This document shows positions 15,333 to 25,220 of a stretch of DNA of 64,000 bases, in pieces. The stretch spans positions 8,928,001 through 8,992,000 of the forward strand of contig OZ024759.1 in NCBI GenBank assembly GCA_964016885.1, read 5' to 3'. Below the pieces are notes generated by a model that worked only from the letters and a program-made list of their open reading frames with translations, was not told where the DNA came from and made no database searches. The number at the start of each line of letters is the position of its first letter. Positions within the stretch are counted from its first letter, which is position 1. Made by a program: the position numbers and the translations under genes. Origin of the DNA: Eledone cirrhosa (taxonomy: Eukaryota).

Positions 15333-16476
15333 TATGGGGGTCAGGTGAAAAGTTTGTAGGCTGACTCAAATACTCTCATGAAATGTGACTAAATGAGGTT
15401 TATTGTTTAACATAGTCCCTCCTTACGGTCTTCACACTTCTTCTAGCGATGTTGCGGTGCTTGGATCCCAGTGGTGAAGAAACTTCCATCATGCTCATAA
15501 AAAACATCATCAACAGCAGATATGAGATCATCATCATCACTGCGATAGCAGTTCCTAGCCAAGTTTGGGGGGGGGGGGGGGGTCGACAGATGATAGTGAG
15601 ATGGGGCCAAATCAGGAGAAAAGGGAGGTGATCAACCAGTTCAAAGCCACAGTCACACACAGCAGCAATTGAAACCAAGGTGTTGTGAAACAAGACCCCT
15701 TTCATCAGTGGGTGTTATGTCTTGATAACCTTTTCTAACTTCCTCAGCAAGTTGACATAGTACTCTCTATTGATGGTGGGGTCTTTTTCAATATAAACAC
15801 AATGCCTTTTGCATCCCAAAAATCTGAGGCCATCACCTTCCCTGCAGATGAAACGACCTTGACCTTATTTGAAGCAGGTGATGTTGGGTGTTTCCACTGC
15901 ATGGATTGTCTCTTTGTCTCTGACTCAAAGTGATGAACACAACACTCATCCTAGGTTAGGAAACGTTCAAGGAAACCAGCTGGATCTGCCTCAAACAATG
16001 TCAGATTTTCTTGTGATGTGATTAGCCTGGTGTGCTTTTGATCAGATGTCAGAATATGGGATATGCTAGTAGCAACGGCTATTTGATTTATAATGAATTG
16101 ACTTTCATCCATCACCATGTGGTGAACACAATCAATGTTTTCTGTGGTGGTGCCAGTTGCAGGACGCCCAGACCTTCGTCCTCTTCAACACACTCTCTTC
16201 CCCTCCAAAATTCAGGTGTCAATGTTTGCACTGTTGATAAAGCTGGAGCATCATCCCCAAATGTAGCAACCATGTCAGCATGAATATCCTTAAGGGCTAA
16301 ACCCTTTTTCTGCAGGTACTTTGTAACACTTCAATGCCAAATTTAGTCTATTTTCAAGAGAATTCACTACTAGTTACATTTGAAGTCTTCTTTGAAATTA
16401 ATGCATGCAAGATTTCACAGCTCTAGCATTACTCTTTTATAGTCAGCCTATAAACTTTTCAGCCTGCCCCCCAGTA
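15333..16476 (-). mobile_element. Decayed mariner DNA transposon
   Basis: About 33-bp TIRs (ta..gggg.cagg.tgaaaagttt.taggctgact) with TA ends; remnant GFELVDHLPF.PDLAPS.YHL. Confidence 0.85.
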
Positions 16477-16649
16477 CACATATACATTTGGTCATCTAGC
16501 GTGTTGTATATATACATGTATTGAGCATACTTGTCTGTGTGTATACACACACATATACACACATATATATGCATATATATTCACATCTGTGCATATATAC
16601 ACATATATACACGTGGTTAATTAGCTTGTTGTACATATACACATGTATA

Positions 16650-16750
16650 CAGTGGCAAACTGGCCAGGTTGCCACTTTGCCCAATGGCAAGTGGGTCCCA
16701 GAGGGCCCACAGTAGCATTGCAGGGCCCACTGTAGTATTTTAGGGGCCAA
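16650..16750. mobile_element. Possible MITE or hAT-like terminus
   Basis: cagtggc start, local hairpin gtggcaa..ttgccac, repeated gggccc motifs. Confidence 0.3.
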
Positions 16751-16924
16751 TGCTTTGCTTTCAAAAAATACCTCAAATCTAAGAGAAAGAATAACATTTT
16801 TTTAAAATAAATAAAACAATTAAGCAAAGCATTTGGTCACCCAATTCTCCAGGGAATTAATAGAAACCCAAATATAAGATAGTGCAATTAGCTGGAACCA
16901 GTGGTTTCAAATAGCTGAATCAGT

Positions 16925-17255
16925 AGTGGGAGTGCAGGACCTGTCCTGGAGACGACATCCCACCTTGTCTAAAATCTATGGCAAACTCCCTCGAACCTCT
17001 GCCCTTCTGGGGTCCCGGAGAGCTCAGTTTGCTGGCCACTGTCGCCGTGCCAGCGGTGAAACCATGTCCGCTCTCTTGCTCTGGAGCCCTGGCTCCGGCC
17101 TGACTGGGAGTGGGAGGCTGTCGTTCCCTGACGTTATCTCTAGGGATACGGGAATCAGTAGACGGGACCTGGGGGCAGCGATGGGGGACGGGGAATTCTG
17201 GGGCATGAGAGTGAGATCCATCATCTCGACAGTAGTCGACGAGTGATGATGATGA
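16925..17255 (+). mobile_element. 3' end of an RTE-X-like LINE, 5'-truncated, G-rich
   Basis: SWRRHPT..IYGKLP, RRAQFAGHC, LLLW.P, M.D..FW; stop followed by (tga)n tail. Confidence 0.75.
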
Positions 17256-17262
17256 GATTTCC

Positions 17263-17448
17263 GTAGCTGTCTCAGTGGACTAGCAGTAGGTGCTAGAGGT
17301 TGTGGTGATCCTGGTCTTGGGTTTAATCCTGGTCGAGAGGAAAAAACTGAAAAGGTTTACTGGGAACCTTACTGCCGACCAAGATCGAACTTCAGACCAG
17401 GAACACCACCGTCTATGCTTCCTCCAACTAGGATGCCGAGACAACTAC
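17263..17448. mobile_element. Inverted pair of tRNA-like heads
   Basis: 17263-17335 vs reverse complement of 17376-17448; each ends in a B-box-like gtt(t/c)(a/g)at(c). Confidence 0.5.
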
Positions 17449-17658
17449 AAAAGTATAATGAAAATGAATAATTATAAATCTACTTTCAAAATCAAAGTTA
17501 AAAATGTTGTGGTATCATTCATGGCTTTCCTAGAGCTATTAGTCATATTTAGGGTCAACTTGTCAATCTTCTGAATCTTTGGCAACAACCTTATTATTCC
17601 TGTGTGTTTAACTGTTGAATTAATTTAATTTGATTATTTTAACAAACAAATAATATAC

Positions 17659-17714
<56 letters not shown>

Positions 17715-17733
17715 TTATATATATATATATATA

Positions 17734-20700
17734 TCATCATCATCATCATCATCATCAGGTTTAGCGTCCGTGTTCCACGCTTGCATGGGTTTGGACGGGG
17801 GTTTTCCCACTTGAGGCAAGAGTGGTTGTCTTGCTCGCATAGGACTGTCTGGCGGGTTTTCTACAGTTGGATGCCCTTCCTAACACCAACCACATTTACA
17901 GAGTGGGGCTGGGAGGTTTTTACCGTGTTGCCTACACGGCCACATTACAGCGTGGACTGTCTGGCGGGTTTTCTACAGCTGGATGCCCTTCCTAACACCA
18001 ACCACATTTACAGTGTGGGGCTGGGAGGTTTTTACCGTGTTGCCTACACGGCCACATTTACAGCGTGGACTGTGTGTTTTTTGTCGTGACACCTACACGA
18101 TCTCATTTGTTTCGGCCTGGATGTTGTGGGACCAACATAACTTTACATTGAAAGGGGCGGTGTGGGTGGGGTGGAGGTGGTGGGACGGGGGTGTGTTTTG
18201 ATAGAGGTGCCTACTGACTGTAGTAGGTTTTTACTTTGTATTTAGGTAAGGCGGGTCTTCTCTATTACTGAGTACCGCCAAAGGTCTCGGTCCAGTGACA
18301 TTGTCTTGGAGAGGTGTAAGCGTGTGAGGTCGGAATTTATCAGCTCGTCCCATGTTTTTCTGGGTCTGCCTACTCCGTGGCTACCGTCTATCTTTATTGC
18401 CCTGCACTTTGTTATACAGCTGTCGTCTTTCATGCGCATCACGTGACCGTACCAACGTAGCCTTCTCTCGAGTAAACAACATCTGATCCCTCTTATTTCT
18501 AATTTTTTCCTTAGTTCGTTTATGCTTTGCCGTTCGCGTATATTACTATTGCACATCCAGCGGAGCATGCAAGCTTCGTTCCTCTCTAGTCTGCGTATAT
18601 CCTCTGCACACAATGCCCAGGTCTCACTGCCATGCAGCATTGCTGTTCGTATGCAGGCATCGTATAACCTGCCTTTCATTTTTAGGGAGAACCCTCTAGC
18701 GGCTAATAGTGGTATAAGCTCTCTGAACTTTTTCCATCCAGTTCTGACTCTAGCTACTGTACTTTCAGAGCACCCTCCCCCACTGCTGATTTTGTCACCC
18801 AGATAACGGAAGCTGTCCACTATTTCTATAGAACCCTCTGCGCAGTTGAAGGAGCTAGTATTTTGTGGGCACTTGCTGCTACTTATTGCACCAGAGCACC
18901 GGCCACATGTAAAATCTATGTTCTTAGTTAGCTTACCTGTGATCCCACTACATCTTTTATGCACCCATACTTTGCATTTGGGACATAAAATGGAGTTTCT
19001 ACCTACGCCTTTCCTACACACTGAGCATGGCCATTTCCCCGATGGGACCGCCGCCTTATTTTCTTTCCTACAAACTAGAGCTTTAGTCTTAGCCAGGTTA
19101 ATTTTAAGGCCTTTTGATTCTAGGCCGTGCTTCCACGTTTGGAATTTCTTCTCTAGTTCGGTCATTGATTCGGCTATGAGCGTTAGATCATCTGCGTATA
19201 GGAGTTCCCATGGGCAGCCGGTCTTGAACTCCTCTGTTATAGCCTGAAGGGCAATAATAAATAGTAGGGGGCTAAGTACAGAGCCCTGATGGACACCAAC
19301 TTTTACGCTAAACTCTTCACTATATTCGTTGTTAATTCTAACCTTACTGACTGTTTCTTTATACATGGCTTGTATAGCTCTCACAAGCCATTCGTCAACA
19401 CCTAGTTTTCTAAGAGACCACCAGATAATGGAACGGGGGACTCTGTCGAAGGCTTTCTCCAAGTCGACAAAAGCTAAGTATAGGGGTTTACTTTTAGCTA
19501 GGTACTTCTCCTGTAGTTGTCGTACAATGAAAAGAGCGTCTGTGGTACTTTTGCCTGACACAAACCCGAACTGCATTTCATCTAGATCAATTCTCTCTCT
19601 GATTAGTTGCGCTATTACTTTTTCCGTGACCTTCATGACCTGGTCGATTAATTGAATGCCTCTATAGTTACTCCTATCTAGGGCATCTCCTTTTCCCTTA
19701 TAGCAGTTAACGATGATGCTGCTACGCCATTCCTTCGGAACAACCCCATTCTGTACGACTTGGTTAACTATCCGGGTGACCATGGTGTGTCCCACCGAAC
19801 CAGATGCCTTCAGCATCTCAGCAACTATTTCCGAAGGCCCAGCCGCCTTACCCGTCTTCATATCTTTGATTGCCTTACTTATTATACTACCTTCAACTAA
19901 CACTGCTGGTCCCTCTATTGGATCGATCTGGGGGAGACTGTCTTTCTCCCATTTGTTCTCCTCATTTAGAAGCCTTTCGTAGTGACACTTCCAAGCTACC
20001 TTCTTATCAGCGTCGGTGATGGCAAGTATGCCATCATCGTTAAGTACACACTTCTCCCCGACAATATCACGGTTTTCCTTGACACATTGCCTGGCAATCC
20101 TGAACACCTCACGTTTTTGGTCCTCACGTTGTAGAACATGCTTGAACTTTCTTTCCTCTGCTTCCCTTCTTGCGAAGTACACTTGTCTCCTAGCTTCCCT
20201 CCTGGCCACTTGATAGTCTTCTCTACTTCCCCCATCCCGCCATACTTTCCAAGCCTGCTTTTTGGCCTTAATTGACTCCTCCACCTTACTGTTCCACCAC
20301 CATGTTACTCTCCTCCTACCTACAGGCCTGCTCCAGCCACAGACTTCGTCTGCCGCTGTCAGCAGGTTTGCTCTCAGGAATTCCCACTGTTCCTCTATAT
20401 TATACGACTCTAATTGCTCTTCCTTACTGTCGAAAGCGTCAAGTAATTTGCTTTGAAATTTATTTCTGGCTATGGGGTCCTTTAGCTTCCATATTTTTCT
20501 CCTGAGGATAGTCCTCTTCCGCTGTCTAGTACGTCTCGTCCTGACTATGAGGTCGCTAATTATCAGTCTATGTTGGGAGGTGAATTCTTCATGGGGGTGG
20601 GATTTAGTGTTAACAACAGACACTCTGTCACGTCTTCTGGTAAGGATATAATCTACCTGGCTTGTGTGTTCCCCCGATCTATAGGTGATCAAGTGATTGT

Positions 20701-22300
20701 CTCGTTTTTTGAAGTTAGTGTTACAGATAGTTAAGTTATTTGCGTCGCAGAATTCCAGGATTCTGGAGCCTTCCTCATTTCTAGTACCGAACCCATAGCC
20801 TCCATGGATTACGTCATAGCCGTCACAATGTTGTCCAACGTGACCATTTAGGTCGCCTGCAATAACTATATAGTCACTGTCGGTTATTTGGGAGGTAGCG
20901 AGCATCAGTGTCTCGTAGAATCTGTCTTTTATAGCGCGGGGCAGTCCGGATTGGGGTGCGTACGCAGATATTACTGTCACCGTAGTTTTATTGAGGACAA
21001 GTCTTATTTTAATTATTCTGTCGTTCACTCTATTTACGTCTATTATCTTATCTGCCCACTTTTCTGCTACCATGATTCCTACCCCACCCAACCCATTGTC
21101 ATTTCCCACCCAGAAAAGCTTATAGCATCGCTCTTTACCCACGATGAATCTAGCCGACCCTCCCCTCCACCTGGTCTCTTGAATACAACAAACATCGACC
21201 TCCTTACGTTCAAGCATTTCTACAACCTCGTTAGAGCGACCCTTTAAGGTGCCTACATTCATGGTACCAACTCTGAAGTTTTGGATTGCGTTTGGAGGGT
21301 GGGAGCAGTGGGGCGCGGGGGGGGATGGGGTTATGTTAGCCATCCTGGGCCGAAACAAGGAGGAGTGCTTGCATTCTCGTCCACGAGGTGAATTTGGCTT
21401 TATCTTTGGCATTGTCGCTGAGCGTCCACATTTTTCTCTCTTCAACTCTCCAGAATTCCGTAGTCCATCCATCATATCGAAAAGCAACCAGTTAAGCGAT
21501 AGTATGGGCCTCTGACTTATGATTGGTCCACGTAATAATGGTGGTGCGTGGGGGCGGGAGGGAGGGATGATGGGTTGTTAGCGAGAATGTAAGGTTTAAG
21601 ATAAGATCGCCGTATTTTGGGCATGATTTAACAATAAACGAAAATACAAGATTTGTTTTGTTTAAGAAATTACGATAGAGAAAATGCGGTGATAGGGAAA
21701 ATATGATTTTTAGAGAAAAGATATGATATAGAATGGTGAAAATATGATATAGTGTGAAATTAGGACATAGGAGTGATTGAATGAATGGGTTCGAATGGAG
21801 AGAAGAATCGAGAAAAAATTGGGCATAATTTAACAATAAACGAAAATACAAGATTTGTTTTGTTTAAGAAAATACGGTAGAGAAAATGCGGTGATAGGGG
21901 AAATATGATTTTTAGAGAAAAGATATGATATAGAATGGTGAAAATATGATATAGTGTGAAATTAGGACATAGGAGTGATTGAATGAATGGGTTCGAATGG
22001 AGAGAAGAATCGAGAAAAATTTGAACGTTACTTTATACCGGAGGGAACAGCCATCCCAGAAATAGCGAGTTGGCGATTTTGATTAATTTTGGTAGGGTTT
22101 TATCTTATATGTATAGAGAGGGAGGGGGGGGGGCAGGAACCAGCATGATGAATGGGTAGGGGGTAGAATATGGGATGGAGCAGAGGTTAAAAGTTTAAAT
22201 AGGTACTTGAAGATTTGCGTAAAACTTAGCAAGTTTAACAAATTATATTTAAAGGAATATATAATAGTGATAGCGAGAATGTAAGGTTTAAGATAAGATA
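17734..22300 (-). mobile_element. Full-length RTE-clade LINE (5' boundary approximate)
   Basis: Single intact APE-RT ORF; 3'UTR with 112-bp duplication; (tga)n tail next to (TA)n; 5' region with 202-bp tandem duplication (about 21617-22020). Confidence 0.92.
18242..21475 (-). CDS. RTE ORF: AP endonuclease, reverse transcriptase and PHD-like Zn finger (1077 aa from the first ATG)
   Basis: GTMNVGTL, CIQETRW, GDLNGH, QVDYIL, SQHRL; FVDLEKAFD, GVHQGSVLSP, LLYADD; RRLRWYGHVMR; no stops. Confidence 0.96.
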   Translation of the reverse strand: MMDGLRNSGELKREKCGRSATMPKIKPNSPRGRECKHSSLFRPRMANITPSPPAPHCSHPPNAIQNFRVGTMNVGTLKGRSNEVVEMLERKEVDVCCIQETRWRGGSARFIVGKERCYKLFWVGNDNGLGGVGIMVAEKWADKIIDVNRVNDRIIKIRLVLNKTTVTVISAYAPQSGLPRAIKDRFYETLMLATSQITDSDYIVIAGDLNGHVGQHCDGYDVIHGGYGFGTRNEEGSRILEFCDANNLTICNTNFKKRDNHLITYRSGEHTSQVDYILTRRRDRVSVVNTKSHPHEEFTSQHRLIISDLIVRTRRTRQRKRTILRRKIWKLKDPIARNKFQSKLLDAFDSKEEQLESYNIEEQWEFLRANLLTAADEVCGWSRPVGRRRVTWWWNSKVEESIKAKKQAWKVWRDGGSREDYQVARREARRQVYFARREAEERKFKHVLQREDQKREVFRIARQCVKENRDIVGEKCVLNDDGILAITDADKKVAWKCHYERLLNEENKWEKDSLPQIDPIEGPAVLVEGSIISKAIKDMKTGKAAGPSEIVAEMLKASGSVGHTMVTRIVNQVVQNGVVPKEWRSSIIVNCYKGKGDALDRSNYRGIQLIDQVMKVTEKVIAQLIRERIDLDEMQFGFVSGKSTTDALFIVRQLQEKYLAKSKPLYLAFVDLEKAFDRVPRSIIWWSLRKLGVDEWLVRAIQAMYKETVSKVRINNEYSEEFSVKVGVHQGSVLSPLLFIIALQAITEEFKTGCPWELLYADDLTLIAESMTELEKKFQTWKHGLESKGLKINLAKTKALVCRKENKAAVPSGKWPCSVCRKGVGRNSILCPKCKVWVHKRCSGITGKLTKNIDFTCGRCSGAISSSKCPQNTSSFNCAEGSIEIVDSFRYLGDKISSGGGCSESTVARVRTGWKKFRELIPLLAARGFSLKMKGRLYDACIRTAMLHGSETWALCAEDIRRLERNEACMLRWMCNSNIRERQSINELRKKLEIRGIRCCLLERRLRWYGHVMRMKDDSCITKCRAIKIDGSHGVGRPRKTWDELINSDLTRLHLSKTMSLDRDLWRYSVIEKTRLT

Positions 22301-22301
22301 A

Positions 22302-22740
22302 GATATTAAACAAATGGAAACTATATTTATAAAACCATATTTATTTCGTTATATATATTTCTGGGATATCATATTAAAAATATGGTATGCCTTCCTCAGA
22401 CAAAATACAATACATAAGCTGTTTTATAAATAATTAGTGACATACCTTGTAATAATGCAACTTCCATTTAAAAAGTTGATTTGGTAGTTGCATTATTACA
22501 AGGTATGTCACTAATTATTTATAAAACAGCTTATGTATTGTATTTTGTCTGAGGAAGGCATACCATATTTTTAATATGATATCCCAGAAATATATATAAC
22601 GAAATAAATATGGTTTTATAAATATAGTTTCCATTTGTTTAATATCGTAAACCTACTCCAGAAACTGTTGAGTGCTTTTATATCAGTTATAAAATATTTA
22701 CTCGTTGTAACCCAACAATCTTAAATAAAACTTTTGCATA
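22302..22740. mobile_element. Penelope-like fold-back with a hammerhead in each arm (+ copy 22541-22606)
   Basis: 161-bp apparently perfect arms 22302-22462 and 22486-22646; tattttgt-CTGAGGA...GAAA-tatata-TA-acgaaata. Confidence 0.78.
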
Positions 22741-22749
22741 TATATATAT

Positions 22750-23176
22750 ATATTTCGTTTCTGAATTTGTTTAGCAAGATTCTTTATCTGAAATCGTGTG
22801 TTGAAACCGATATTGTTATACTTTGGGAGGGTCATGTTGCCAATAAGAAACACACGCACCAGTTGCTTTCACTTCAGTTTATTTTATATTTATAAATTTA
22901 CAAATTTATAAATGTATAAATTTCTGGTTGGTTGGTTGGTTCCACAACCAGATAGTTGTTTATATATAGTCATAGTCCTTTCGTCACACACTCTGTGACC
23001 TCTTCAGTGACTGGGGATTCCTTTCTTTGTTTCTGTGCCTCTCCTTTGTTCTGTCCAACCAACCAACCAGAAATTTATAAATTTATAAATTTTTAAATTT
23101 ATAAATATATAATAAACTGAAGTGAAAGCAACTGGTGCGTGTGTTTCTTATTGGCAACATGACCCTCCCAAAGTAT

Positions 23177-23183
<7 letters not shown>
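22750..23183. mobile_element. Penelope-like fold-back enclosing a hammerhead
   Basis: Arms about 22810-22942 and 23054-23183; (TA)n flanks. Confidence 0.72.
22968..23012 (-). ncRNA. Minimal type I hammerhead ribozyme motif
   Basis: agtca-CTGAAGA-g-gtcac(agagtgt)gtgac-GAAA-ggac-TA-tgact. Confidence 0.82.
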
Positions 23184-23220
<37 letters not shown>

Positions 23221-23317
23221 AATTTATATCTAGTAACATTTATATACACACAGATGCATATCAATGCTAGCAAATATATAGGTTTTGTCTTATTAACAAT
23301 GTGGTTGCAGAACAATA

Positions 23318-23642
23318 ATATGAGAGACGTAAAATAAGAAAATTATAAAATTAACTTACTTACTAAAAAATCACTTCCAACTAATTAGTTTCTGGAATGG
23401 AGTAAATATATTTTCCGAAGAAACATATCGAAAATCATTCCGTCATTCCACTGAATTATTTTTTTAATAAGTTTCCAGTGTCCTCGCTATGCCTGGAGAC
23501 CTATACGGAAAAAGACTTTCCTGATGACGGAATGATTTTCGATATGTTTCTTCGGAAAATATATTTACTCCATTCCAGAAACTAATTAGTTGGAAGTGAT
23601 TTTTTAGTAAGTAAGTTAATTTTATAATTTTCTTATTTTACG

Positions 23643-23651
<9 letters not shown>
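23318..23651. mobile_element. Fold-back element with a partial hammerhead core
   Basis: 128-bp arms about 23318-23445 and 23525-23651; CTGATGA-cgga..ttcg-GAAA-atatat, but no clear stem I. Confidence 0.6.
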
Positions 23652-23683
<32 letters not shown>

Positions 23684-23687
23684 AGGC

Positions 23688-23958
23688 ACATGGCTTAGTG
23701 GTTAGAGCATTGGTCTTGCAATCGAAAGGTTGTGAGTTTAATTCTCAGACCGGGTGATGTGTTGTTTCCTTGAGCAAGACACTTTATTTCACATTGCTCC
23801 AGTTTACTCAGCTATAGAAATCAAGCCAGAATCAGTTCCCGTATGAGCAAGACAAGGTTAGCCAACCGGACACTGCCCACAACAGGACAACCCGTCTAAT
23901 CCATGCTAGTGTGGAAGAACGGATGTAAAACGGTGATGATGATGATGATGATGATGAT
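23688..23958 (+). mobile_element. Internally deleted SINE family A followed by an RTE-type 3' tail
   Basis: Head matches 3648-3780; then catgctagtgtggaa..(gat)n. Confidence 0.7.
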
Positions 23959-23971
23959 ATATATATATGAT

Positions 23972-24824
23972 AGCATCGGTGAGGTGTGAATGGGGGCAAG
24001 GCACGACAGTCGGGCATAGTAGATGCCGGACGTGATGTATGCATTCACCACCGCCGCCCGACATTTCAAGGCAAGGTTTCTCTCAGCCCATTTCTGGGTG
24101 AGAGTGGCTACCTTGATCATCACCTCGTCCCAATTATTATCCACTTGGAGGTCTGGTCTGAGCCAAACCCTGAGCAACTTTACCGGTCCATCCGTCCAGC
24201 GCCCAACAATGCTGTTGGATGGCATGAACTTGTCTCTCCAGGTGCCGAACTTCAAGCCCGACTTTTCCGGGTTTAGTTTCGCTCCCATCAACCTTTCATA
24301 TTCCTCCAAGAGGGTGCCAACCACCTCGATTTTTGAGGTGTTCAACACCATCACGGTGATGTCGTCTGCATAAGCCAACACAGCCCTTCTGCGTCCCAGT
24401 CCTAGCGGGATGCTCTGCCTGCCACAGCTCCAGCATCTGCAGTAAAGGCTTGACAGTCAATACGTACAGAAAGGAGGAGAGAGGGCACCTTTGATGGACC
24501 GATCGGGAGATCTGAAACGGTTCCGTGAGGTGGCTATTAACTTTGACCACCGAACAGGTGCCGCTGAGCATTGCAGCGATCCAGCCTCTGAATCCGGGAC
24601 CAAAGTCAGCCGCTTTGAGGACAGCCTCCAGGTACCGATGGTCAACCCTATCGAAAGCTTTCAATTGATCTAAATTGATCAGAGCCCCACCAAAGTCAGG
24701 TTTACACCCTACCCTCTCTATGATGTATCGCATGAGGTGGAGGTTGTTGTGTATGGACCCGGTCAGGATTGTGCAAGTTTGTATCTCCCCTCACCAAATC
24801 CTTGACGACAAGCGTCAACCTCTT
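23972..24824 (-). mobile_element. Decayed Tx1 RT fragment
   Basis: MRYIIERVG..GGALINLDQLKAFDRVDH and AYADD, with frameshifts. Confidence 0.92.
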
Positions 24825-24873
24825 AATAATAATAATAATAATAATAACAATTGTTTCTACTTTAATAATGATG

Positions 24874-25090
24874 TTTTCTTTATTAACCACGAAGGTTGAC
24901 ATAAAGTATAACATTAAGGGCAGCACAAGACGGTACAAATGGGCATTTCTGTTGTAAAGAAAAAACGAAGAAAATGACAAAAAAGAAACCAAAGAAAATT
25001 CCCCAATAGGAGGGAGACTTCCGAGGATCACTCTGGTCTGGTGAACTGGACTGTGGCCCACGCGCCACCTGTTACACACCCCTGGTTTAC
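24874..25090 (-). mobile_element. Tx1-type 3'UTR fragment
   Basis: gagtgatcctc..ctccctcctattgggga..gtggttaataaagaaa, the same motifs and end as 5180-5420. Confidence 0.7.
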
Positions 25091-25220
25091 ACTAAAAGGG
25101 CAGTAAAGATGGTACAGTATGTGTGTGCGTGTGTGTGAAAGAAAGGTTTATAACAAAACTAAAAAAATATATATTTAAAAAATGCAACAATAATTTCCTC
25201 CAAACTGGGGGGGGGGGGGT

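Noticed and set aside
21320-21400. Possible HDV-like ribozyme near the RTE 5' end (cacctcgtgg...ggctaa on the minus strand)
   Set aside because: I could not build consistent P1/P2/P3 pairings by eye; needs an RNArobo or Infernal search.
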